Shown one piece after another: positions 33,527 to 40,915 of a stretch of DNA of 46,821 bases. The position numbers and the translations under genes are program-made. This stretch comes from Candidatus Staskawiczbacteria bacterium RIFOXYD1_FULL_32_13. Its GTDB lineage: Bacteria > Patescibacteriota > Minisyncoccia > Minisyncoccales > Staskawiczbacteraceae. The stretch's first letter is position 1. Every line of letters begins with the position of its first letter. Location: NCBI GenBank assembly GCA_001820485.1, contig MHPU01000026.1, positions 17,873 through 64,693 of the forward strand, in the 5' to 3' direction. Below the pieces are notes generated by a model. The model ran no database searches. It saw only the letters and a list, made by a program, of their open reading frames with translations, and was not told where the DNA came from.

Positions 33527-33592
33527 GACTGCCGATAGGCGGTCGTTTGTCTGCCGATAGGCAGACGTTTGTCTGCCGATAGGCAGATAATA
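33527..33592. repeat. Three tandem 22-bp iteron-like units, each a CTGCC-GATA-GGCAG hairpin
   Basis: GACTGCCGATAGGCGGTCGTTT / GTCTGCCGATAGGCAGACGTTT / GTCTGCCGATAGGCAGATAATA, with an exact 22-bp period. Confidence 0.8.
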
Positions 33593-34324
33593 TGAGTTGC
33601 AGTAGCTTAAAAAACACTTTGCTTTGCTTAATTAATTAAGGCGAGGGGTGTATCCACCCTTCGCCACGATTGCCCCCAACAAAAGCCAGCCAACGCATTA
33701 TTTTACAATCACTATTTAAAAGAGAAAATCCTAAAAGGAAATTTTTATTTTATTATTCTCTTATAAATAGTGATAGACTTTTTTTGTTGCCGAAAAACGC
33801 TTGATTGAAAAATAGGCAACCAGAAAATATCACACAAAATCGCTTCGCTATCAAATCACGCTGAAGCGCCATTTGATTTTTTATGTGATATTTTCTGCCT
33901 TTTTTTCAATCTTCGCTTTTCTCAAAGATTTTTCCTCTTACAGAGAAAATTCTTTCAGAAATTTTCGGCTAATCAAAAAAAATCCCTGCAAAATAAACGC
34001 CAACAGCATTAAAAAATATATCCGATTATCGCATATATTTTTTAAGATCTGCTGTTGGCTTGCTTTCTCTCCACCTTGACCCAATACATCTATGCCTTTA
34101 AAGGGCTATTATAAAGGCATAGAATGAATGTATTGCGTCAAGGTAGTAGAATGGCTGGCTTTTGTTGGGGGCAATCGTGGCGAAGGGTGGATACACCCCT
34201 CGCCTTAATTAATTAAGCAAAGCAAAGTGTTTTTAATTTCAATGTTTTAACCCACCCTACCAGAATTAAGGCATTAAAAATATTTTTAATTACAAGTGTT
34301 TTTTAAGCTACTGCAACTCATATT

Positions 34325-34364
34325 ATCTGCCTATCGGCAGACAAACGACCGCCTATCGGCAGTC
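34325..34364. repeat. Two inverted-orientation copies of the 22-bp iteron-like unit (right arm)
   Basis: TCTGCCTATCGGCAGACAAACGACCGCCTATCGGCAGTC is the reverse complement of left-arm units 2 and 1. Confidence 0.8.
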
Positions 34365-34495
34365 GTCACGATTTTCCCCCCAAGATAACGAACACAAAGA
34401 AAATATTTGAATAAAGAAGATGACGGAAAAAATATGTTTTCAAATTATATGATAATCGTATAGACCAGGGGGAGGATACCAATGGGGCAACTTTA

Positions 34496-34524
34496 TTGAC
34501 AATTTATCTTTAAAATAGAATAAT
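34496..34524 (+). promoter_or_regulatory. Promoter candidate for the plus-strand module
   Basis: TTGACA at 34496-34501, a 17-nt spacer and AATAAT at 34519-34524 (alternatively TAGAAT). It sits upstream of the AbrB-like gene. Confidence 0.45.
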
Positions 34525-34550
34525 AGAGGCAAATAAATCAAAATAGTAAA

Positions 34551-34877
34551 ATGTTAAAAATTCGTAAATTACAATATATTGGGAAACAATATCTTTTAAA
34601 TGTGCCAGTTGAAATAATAAAAGAGGCAAAATTTAAAAAAGGCGACTATTTAGAGATAATGCAAGGCCAAAATAGCAACTTTTCTATTAGAAAAATTGCT
34701 GAAAATGATACACCAAGGGTAAAGGTAACCCTAGAATCGCTTAAAAATGAAGCTGTTGCCCTTGCTGGATTAATAAATGCCTTAAGATCTGCCCTGCCGT
34801 CTGCCGAGTTCTCGTTCCGGTTGGCTCAATTTTCTCATGTTCAAGCGAAAATAAGAAAATTGGAAAAGAAGAAGTAA
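34551..34877 (+). CDS. AbrB/SpoVT/MazE-type DNA-binding protein
   Basis: N-terminal KLQYIGKQYLLNVPVEIIKEAKFKKGDYLEI follows the swapped-hairpin (looped-hinge helix) pattern. Confidence 0.55.
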   Translation: MLKIRKLQYIGKQYLLNVPVEIIKEAKFKKGDYLEIMQGQNSNFSIRKIAENDTPRVKVTLESLKNEAVALAGLINALRSALPSAEFSFRLAQFSHVQAKIRKLEKKK

Positions 34878-34907
34878 AAAATATTAAAAAGTAATGAAAA
34901 AGTAAAA

Positions 34908-35669
34908 ATGGCTATTAAAATTAATGCAGAAAACCAGAAGACAAAGGATTTTCTTGCATATATTGTTAAAAATATTGCTAAAAAACAAAGTCTTAAACAA
35001 TATGACGAGGTTTTAGTTGAAATACAAAAAGGCAAAACGCCTTTTCCTGAATTTAAGAAATATGATCATGGGTTGGGCAGTGACTATGACGCTTTAGAAA
35101 TGCAATGGAAGTCAAATCCAAAGTATAATGAAAAAGCAATCTTAATAGCTAAATACCTAAACGAAAACTTTGAGAATAGTGCAATTACCTCAACACCGAA
35201 ACAAGATAAAAATAAACCACTAACTTTTATAATTACGATTGTTATTAGTAACCCTTTTGAAATTTTAAAAATATATCAAAAATTAAATACTAAAAATGAA
35301 CTAAAAAAAATAATATTAAAAAATGAAAAACAGAGCAATAAAGATATTTCTAAAATTGAACTATATCTTAATCAAATCGGTGATTTATGGAGAGAACCAA
35401 AAATCAAATATTGTTATCATATGGGAGAAAAAAATGATAGGCATAAAATTTTTCGTTACCTTGTAGAAAATAAGGGATACCAAAATACTAATGATATTGC
35501 ATGCTTTCTTGGCGATAAAAAAGAGCAAGTTATAAGGACAGAAATAAAAAAAATTAAAGATAAAGCATCATATTTTCTTAGTATTAAAAACTCTGATTTA
35601 ATAGAATCTAGGAAAGGGAGCGGTTATAAAATAAACCCAAAATATCATATAAAAATAACAATTCTCTGA
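34908..35669 (+). CDS. Hypothetical protein with C-terminal OmpR/CadC-like winged-helix
   Basis: The C-terminus IFRYLVENKGYQNTNDIACFLG...VIRTEIKKIKDK...LIESRKGSGYKIN resembles a trans_reg_C domain. Confidence 0.35.
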   Translation: MAIKINAENQKTKDFLAYIVKNIAKKQSLKQYDEVLVEIQKGKTPFPEFKKYDHGLGSDYDALEMQWKSNPKYNEKAILIAKYLNENFENSAITSTPKQDKNKPLTFIITIVISNPFEILKIYQKLNTKNELKKIILKNEKQSNKDISKIELYLNQIGDLWREPKIKYCYHMGEKNDRHKIFRYLVENKGYQNTNDIACFLGDKKEQVIRTEIKKIKDKASYFLSIKNSDLIESRKGSGYKINPKYHIKITIL

Positions 35670-35704
35670 TATTCCCCTGCTCATGTTAATAAGTTTTGCT
35701 TATT

Positions 35705-35732
35705 ACAGCTCTATTTGAGCTGTTTTTTGTTT
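35705..35732 (+). terminator. Intrinsic terminator
   Basis: ACAGCTC-TATTT-GAGCTGT followed by TTTTTGTTT. Confidence 0.7.
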
Positions 35733-35789
35733 ACAAAAGATATCAAAGGATGATGTAAGGAATAGGTAATAATTTGGTAAAACTACGGC

Positions 35790-35978
35790 ATGCTATCAAA
35801 AGAAGCCATTGAGCAATACAAAAAAATCTACAGGAATGCTTATAATATTGAGCTGAATGAAAACGAGGCCACAGAAATGGCCAACGATCTTTTTGAATTT
35901 ATGCGAGCAGTTTATTTGCCTACAGGCGAAGAGGAATTAATAACAACACAAGAAAATGGAACAAAAAATACAAATTAG
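35790..35978 (+). CDS. Small helical protein (62 aa), unknown (excisionase/RDF role not excluded)
   Basis: Intact ORF that overlaps the next gene by 23 nt. Confidence 0.35.
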   Translation: MLSKEAIEQYKKIYRNAYNIELNENEATEMANDLFEFMRAVYLPTGEEELITTQENGTKNTN

Positions 35979-36249
35979 TGAAATTCAAATAGTACCCATT
36001 AAACCACAAGAGGGGCTGATTGCTTTTGCTTCTTTTGTTTTAGATAAAAAATATTATATTGGCTCGGTTGCTATTTATACTAGACTTAATGGCGAGGGTT
36101 TTCGGCTTGCCTACCCAACTAAAAAGATTGGCGACAGAGGTATTAATATTTTTTATCCTATAAATTCTGAAATAGGCAACGCAATAGAAAAAGAAGTAAA
36201 TAAAAAAGTTAATGAAATATTTTATGAAAGAACAAACAAGGCAATTTAG
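35956..36249 (+). CDS. SpoVG-family nucleic-acid-binding protein
   Basis: IQIVPIKPQEGLIAFASFVLDKKYYIGSVAIY...FRLAYPTKK...IFYPINSEIGNAIEKEV aligns to the SpoVG pattern (..AfASitLD..fvv.dirv..G..G.fvamPs.k......i.hPIns..r..i). Confidence 0.7.
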   Translation: MEQKIQISEIQIVPIKPQEGLIAFASFVLDKKYYIGSVAIYTRLNGEGFRLAYPTKKIGDRGINIFYPINSEIGNAIEKEVNKKVNEIFYERTNKAI

Positions 36250-36997
36250 CCAACTATGGGATGATGGAATAAAGTCAGGAATTGTGGGAAAAATAGGAAC
36301 GCAAGTTTTCGCCTTGTTAGTGGTTTTAGCACCATTTATGAATGAGCGTGGCGAGTGTTATCCAACAGAAAATACTCTCGCATTCATTCTACATAAATCT
36401 ATACCCAGCATTATTAAAATGGTAAGTAAAGCTAAAAAGACAATTTATAATGGTGAAGCAGTTTTGAAAGTTAGGCAACAAAAAAGAGTAGACAATGGCA
36501 AAATATTATGGGGGAGCAATTTTTATACTATTTCAAAATCTATAAGAAGTGATCTATTAAGTCGTTATGTTTCCGTAGATAAAAACTTATCTACGGAAAA
36601 TAAAAGCAATTTGAGATCAAAAACACTATTACCGCCAATATCTTTTCCGCCTACGGAAGAAGTATCAACTAACGATAGCCGTTCGTTAAACCATATATTT
36701 ACGAACGATAATAAAAAATCGCTCATAAATATAAATGGCTATAACGAAATTTCCCTAATGGAATTTAGAAAAACAATAAAAAACGAAGTTGATATGAAAT
36801 GTTACGAGATAGCAGAATGGCTTGGCGAAAAAAATATAAATTTTATCCTTAGCGCTTTAAATGATAATAAGTGTGGAATGCACGGCATTGAGCATGCATA
36901 TAGAAAAGTTAAAGATTATGTTGGTGATGGCAATGTGAAAAGCAAACCCAAACTTTTTAATTGGCATATTCAGAATTATAAAAAAGGGAAAAGATAA
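36212..36997 (+). CDS. HTH-domain protein, plasmid/phage replication-initiator-like
   Basis: FALLVVLAPFMNERGECYPTENTLAFILHKSIPSIIKMVSKAKK resembles the HTH_36-type N-terminus of replication/replisome-organizer proteins. Confidence 0.45.
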   Translation: MKYFMKEQTRQFSQLWDDGIKSGIVGKIGTQVFALLVVLAPFMNERGECYPTENTLAFILHKSIPSIIKMVSKAKKTIYNGEAVLKVRQQKRVDNGKILWGSNFYTISKSIRSDLLSRYVSVDKNLSTENKSNLRSKTLLPPISFPPTEEVSTNDSRSLNHIFTNDNKKSLININGYNEISLMEFRKTIKNEVDMKCYEIAEWLGEKNINFILSALNDNKCGMHGIEHAYRKVKDYVGDGNVKSKPKLFNWHIQNYKKGKR

Positions 36998-37040
36998 ATA
37001 TTCATATTGCATTTTAAAAAGTAATAGTGATATAATAAAA

Positions 37041-37153
37041 TTGTTGAGGATAATTCGCTTGGAAAAGGTATTTTATTTATAAAATAGAATATTAAAAGGG
37101 GCTGAAACGCGAGTTATCCTCAACAAATAACTTTTTCCGTTTCAGTCCCTTTT
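37041..37153 (+). promoter_or_regulatory. Interleaved inverted repeats (A-B-A'-B') in the recombinase leader
   Basis: A at 37041-37058 pairs with A' at 37109-37126 (17/18 matches). B at 37094-37109 pairs with B' at 37138-37153 (15/16 matches). Both mismatches are G-U on the plus strand. Confidence 0.5.
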
Positions 37154-37178
37154 AGTATAGTAAAAATAAAATAAAATT

Positions 37179-38801
37179 ATGAAACAATTTAATGAAAGAA
37201 TAAATTATATTTTGTATGCTCGCAAATCTTCTGAAGAAGATAATCGGCAAATGCTTTCGCTAGATTCACAAGAGGGCGAATTAAAAAAAATTGCTGAAAG
37301 AGATAATTTAGAAATTATTAAAATATTCCGCGAAGCACGCTCGGCAAAAGAGCCATACAATAGACCAATATTTTCTGAAATGGTAAAAATGATTGAAGCA
37401 GGAAAAGCTAACGGGATTTTATGTTGGAAATTAGACAGATTATCTAGAAATGCTGTTGAGGAAGGAATAATCAAACACTTATTACAGAAAAATAAAATCA
37501 AAATCATAAGAACGCCCGACAGAGATTACAGGCCAGAAGATAACGCATTAATAGCTTCTGTTGAGTTTGGCATGGCTAATCAATATATTAGAGATTTAAG
37601 CGTAAATGTTAAAAGAGGACTAATAAGCAAAGCTGAAAGTGGATTATTCCCCAACTTTGCACCACTTGGATATTTGAATAATCCACTTGATCCAAAAGGC
37701 AGAAAACAAATTATAAAAGATCCCGAAAGGTTTGATTTAGTGCGTAAAATGTTTGACCTTGTTTTAAGTGAGTACAGGACACCTGTGGAGGTTTGGCGAA
37801 TAGCACACAATGACTGGAAAATGAAAAATCCAAAAGGTAAATTAATTAGTCGATCAACTACTTACCGAATACTAACCAATACTTTATATTCTGGAATCTT
37901 TGAATTTCCTGTTGGCAGTGGAAATTGGCATAAAGGAAAACATGAGGCAGTTATAACTATTGAAGAATATGACAAAATACAAATTATTCTAGGCAAGAAA
38001 GGAAAACCCCGACCACACAATCATATTTTTGCTTTTACAGGATTAATGAAATGTGGAAGTTGTGGGGCTACAATTACAGCAGAGCAGAAAATAAAAAGGC
38101 AGAAAAATGGAAACATACATCAATATACTTATTATCACTGCACTAAAAAGCTAAACCCTAATTGCATTGAAAAGTATATTGAAGAAAAAATATTAATTAA
38201 ACAAATTGTAAATAAAATTGATAAAATTAGTATAAGCCCAGAATTTCACGCTTGGGGGCTTGATTGGCTTAAAAAAGATATTCTAAAAAATATATCTTTG
38301 AAAAACAAAATAATAAATAGCAGAGAAAAGCAGATTGCAGAAATTGAAAAACAATCGTCAGAATTATTAAATCTTTTACTTAGAAAAATTATCAGCGAGG
38401 AAGATTATCAGAATAAAAAAAGTGAACTAGCAAAGGAAAAGGCAAAACTTGAAATTACGGGAAATAATAATAATGACAAAATACAATTACTATTTGAGAA
38501 AACAGCAGAATATTTTGATCTTGCCAAAGACGCCAAAAATGAATTTCTTAATGGCGACATTAATAAACGAAAATGTATTGTTACCAAACTTGGCTCGAAC
38601 CCCTCAATTTCAGAGAGAATATTCAGTATTTGTATCAAAAAAGCCCTTTTGCCTTTTGAAAACATATCAAAAGAGATAAAGGGTATTTATGACAGGTTAG
38701 AACCTACGAAAATCACTATAAATAGTCGGGAACTAAACAAGCTATATGCAAAAAATCTCATTCTGCGGAGAGGGTGGGATTTGAACCCACGAGCCCCATG
38801 A
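37179..38801 (+). CDS. Large serine recombinase (integrase)
   Basis: Resolvase-type N-terminus YILYARKSSEEDNRQMLSLDSQ (Ser nucleophile), a recombinase domain, zinc ribbon CGSCGATITAE...YYHC and a coiled-coil tail. The last 36 nt lie inside tRNA-Ser. Confidence 0.85.
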   Translation: MKQFNERINYILYARKSSEEDNRQMLSLDSQEGELKKIAERDNLEIIKIFREARSAKEPYNRPIFSEMVKMIEAGKANGILCWKLDRLSRNAVEEGIIKHLLQKNKIKIIRTPDRDYRPEDNALIASVEFGMANQYIRDLSVNVKRGLISKAESGLFPNFAPLGYLNNPLDPKGRKQIIKDPERFDLVRKMFDLVLSEYRTPVEVWRIAHNDWKMKNPKGKLISRSTTYRILTNTLYSGIFEFPVGSGNWHKGKHEAVITIEEYDKIQIILGKKGKPRPHNHIFAFTGLMKCGSCGATITAEQKIKRQKNGNIHQYTYYHCTKKLNPNCIEKYIEEKILIKQIVNKIDKISISPEFHAWGLDWLKKDILKNISLKNKIINSREKQIAEIEKQSSELLNLLLRKIISEEDYQNKKSELAKEKAKLEITGNNNNDKIQLLFEKTAEYFDLAKDAKNEFLNGDINKRKCIVTKLGSNPSISERIFSICIKKALLPFENISKEIKGIYDRLEPTKITINSRELNKLYAKNLILRRGWDLNPRAP

Positions 38802-38851
38802 CAGGGCGCAGGTTAGCAACCTGCTGCTTTGAACCGCTCAGCCACCTCTCC
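38766..38851 (-). tRNA. tRNA-Ser (anticodon GCU), long variable arm
   Basis: Minus strand GGAGAGG-TG-GCT-GAGCGGTTCAA-AGC-A-GCAGG-TTGCTAA-CCTGC-(variable arm)-GTGGG-TTCAAAT-CCCAC-CCTCTCC-G. No encoded CCA. Confidence 0.85.
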
Positions 38852-38952
38852 AAAATTTATTTAATAATGCCTTATTTTTTGCATTTATTCAAGTGGTAAT
38901 ATTTGATTTTAAATATTTTTATGATAGTATAATTATAAGTAATGCATAAACT

Positions 38953-39037
38953 GGAGGAGTCCTATAGCGGCTATTAGAACAGTCTTGAAAACTGTGACCT
39001 CGTAAGGGGTTCGTGGGTTCGAGTCCCACCTCCTCCG
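38953..39037 (+). tRNA. tRNA-Ser (anticodon UGA), long variable arm
   Basis: GGAGGAG...ACAGT-CTTGAAA-ACTGT-(ACCTC-GTAA-GGGGT)-GTGGG-TTCGAGT-CCCAC-CTCCTCC-G. Confidence 0.8.
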
Positions 39038-39081
39038 CCGTAACTTTTGTTCATTCATCACTTTTGAAAAAGGAGCATTTC

Positions 39082-39375
39082 GTGCCAAGAAAAAGAAGGA
39101 TCACGTATTGGTGTGACTTTCACCAAAAACAAGTTCCCCAGAGAGAAAAATGCAAAAAATGCGATCCTCGCAATTGCTTTTATCTGGTGAAGCTCTCAAG
39201 AAAATACCAGAGAAGCAAAAAGTCAACACGACATCATTGCGGTAAAAGAAACAAAAAACCCAATGAGAACAAATTCTGCGTTCTCGGAGGGAAAATGCAA
39301 TTTCGAATTGGCCACTGGGAAAGGTACCAGCGAAGGGCCTATAAACAAAAACTTAGAATCGATATCCGATTCTAA
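39082..39375 (+). CDS. Small basic Cys-containing protein (97 aa), unknown
   Basis: AGGAG at 39071-39075, 6 nt before an in-frame GTG. VPRKRRITYWCDFHQKQVPQREKCKKCDPRNC... The track's ATG at 39013 lies inside the tRNA. GC-richer than the backbone. Confidence 0.35.
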   Translation: MPRKRRITYWCDFHQKQVPQREKCKKCDPRNCFYLVKLSRKYQRSKKSTRHHCGKRNKKPNENKFCVLGGKMQFRIGHWERYQRRAYKQKLRIDIRF

Positions 39376-39392
39376 CACATGTAAAAACCAAG

Positions 39393-39418
39393 AGGGCGGC
39401 TCAATCTGGAGTCGCCCT
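39393..39418. terminator. 10-bp GC hairpin between convergent genes
   Basis: AGGGCGGCTC-AATCTG-GAGTCGCCCT with T-rich tracts on both sides at a short distance. Confidence 0.5.
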
Positions 39419-39446
39419 AAATCATTTATTTTTTATAAAAAATTAA

Positions 39447-40799
39447 CTAACTTCTCTCCCCCAAAACAACTTCTATAAAAATTTCTTTACCATCACGAAA
39501 AATTTTTAAATTTATTTTATCATTTGGATTATATTTTTGAATAATTTTTGACATTGAATTTTCTTGCGTAATTTTTTCACTATTAATCTCCAAAATTAGA
39601 TCATTTTCTTTAAGCCCAGCTTTTTCTGCTGAAGAGCCAGCAGTAATTGCTACTTCACCTTTTTCTCCTTTTAAAACCAATGCACCATAATCATAAGATA
39701 ATTTATATTTTTCTTTTATTTGTTCATTAACTAAAGAATATCTTACGCCCAAAAATGGATAAGTAATCTTATTTGTAGCTATTACTTGAGCAATATCTTT
39801 TTTAGCTCTGTTTATTGGAATTGCAAAACCAATACTATTTGCACCCTGAGCCATTGCAGTATTTACACCAATCACTTCTCCTTTTAAATTAAGTAAAGGT
39901 CCTCCGGAATTTCCCGAATTAATAGCTGCATCTGTTTGAATAATATCTTCTAAAACTTCTGAAAATCCACTTGAACCAAAAGCAGAAATTGTTCGACTCA
40001 AACCAGAAACAATTCCCACAGAAACAGTATTTCTAAATTCACCCAAAGCATTTCCAATAGCTATAGCTCCCTGACCAATTTGAATTCCAGCAGAATCTCC
40101 TAACTTAATAGCTGGAAATTTTTCTCCATTCTGAGAAGTAATTTTAACAATTGCTAAATCTTGGACTGGATCCAAAGCTAAAACCTTAGCAATATATTTT
40201 TTACCATCATTTGTTAAAACAGTATATTCTGCATCTTTATCTATAACAACATGTTTATTTGTTAAAACTAAACCATCATCTGAAACAATAAATCCCGATC
40301 CCCCACCAATTTCCTTTTTCTCTGTTCCTTTTTGTTTGTATTGTGGGATCTGAATATCAAAGCCAGGACCAAAATCAAAAAATGGAGAATCAAATTCTTC
40401 AAATGGATCTGTAAAATATTGTTCATAAACAGGCATATTTTTAGATATTATAATACTAACTACAGAAGGTGAAGTTTGCTTAACTGCATCAATAATTGCT
40501 TGTTCATAAGAAATTGGCGAAACATAAAAAGTTGCTTGTTTCTGGACCAACTCTTGTTTTTGAGCTAAATTTTCATTTTTTATTTTCTGTAATTGGTTTT
40601 CTATTGGTGCTAAAAAACTTTTTATTTGACTGTCAAAATATTTTGGAAAATATGCTTGTACTAAAAAACCCATTGCAATAATTACAACTATAGCTAAAAA
40701 AACGCCCCAAATTACTCTGTTTTGCAGAACTTTTATAAATTTATTTATAATTTCTTTTATTTCTTTTAAATTGACTTGTGGTTGATCATAAATATTCAT
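39447..40799 (-). CDS. HtrA/DegP-family serine protease with PDZ domain
   Basis: Catalytic triad contexts TNKHVV, DLAIVK and GNSGGPL. C-terminal PDZ-like domain and an N-terminal TM anchor. Confidence 0.85.
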   Translation of the reverse strand: MNIYDQPQVNLKEIKEIINKFIKVLQNRVIWGVFLAIVVIIAMGFLVQAYFPKYFDSQIKSFLAPIENQLQKIKNENLAQKQELVQKQATFYVSPISYEQAIIDAVKQTSPSVVSIIISKNMPVYEQYFTDPFEEFDSPFFDFGPGFDIQIPQYKQKGTEKKEIGGGSGFIVSDDGLVLTNKHVVIDKDAEYTVLTNDGKKYIAKVLALDPVQDLAIVKITSQNGEKFPAIKLGDSAGIQIGQGAIAIGNALGEFRNTVSVGIVSGLSRTISAFGSSGFSEVLEDIIQTDAAINSGNSGGPLLNLKGEVIGVNTAMAQGANSIGFAIPINRAKKDIAQVIATNKITYPFLGVRYSLVNEQIKEKYKLSYDYGALVLKGEKGEVAITAGSSAEKAGLKENDLILEINSEKITQENSMSKIIQKYNPNDKINLKIFRDGKEIFIEVVLGERS

Positions 40800-40915
40800 A
40801 GAAAATAAAAAACAAAATACAAAAACTAAAATGCAAAATTTATCAATCTTGAATTTTAAAATTTATATTCTGAATCAATTTAAAATATTACGATATCTAT
40901 TAGAATATTTTTTTA

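Larger units (their letters stand above)
33467..34423. repeat. 957-bp nested palindrome: long inverted-repeat arms (33467-33691 / 34153-34423) around a ~460-bp core made of 5 local hairpins
   Basis: The arms are near-identical in reverse complement, except for one extra 22-bp unit on the left and a 68-bp insertion on the right. The core has hairpins with ~20- to 48-bp arms at about 33707-33776, 33792-33920, 33923-33955, 33999-34059 and 34082-34135. Confidence 0.85.
31011..38765. mobile_element. Putative integrated element / genomic island between tRNA-Arg and tRNA-Ser(GCU)
   Basis: Serine recombinase abuts (overlaps) the tRNA-Ser 3' end. A partial tRNA 3'-end repeat lies at the far edge. Plasmid/phage-like genes are on the opposite strand to the genome backbone, with a defence-like cargo. 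Boundaries are approximate. Confidence 0.5.

Noticed and set aside
33527-33592. CRISPR array.
   Set aside because: The 22-bp units are directly abutting with no spacers, there are only 3+2 copies, no cas genes are present, and the units form part of a larger palindrome.
33873-34079. 68-aa plus-strand ORF inside the palindrome core.
   Set aside because: It runs straight across several hairpin arms, has no SD and gives a junk-like hydrophobic translation. The sequence is better explained as structured non-coding DNA.
38852-38952. Divergent promoter region between the two tRNA-Ser genes as a special regulatory element.
   Set aside because: Only weak -35/-10-like AT-rich matches are present (TTGATT..TATAAT with a 19-nt spacer). 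There are no repeats or structure beyond what this composition would produce.
39013-39081. ATG start of track ORF 39013..39375.
   Set aside because: That start lies inside the tRNA-Ser(UGA) T-arm. An in-frame GTG at 39082 with AGGAG 6 nt upstream is a more plausible start, if the ORF is real at all.
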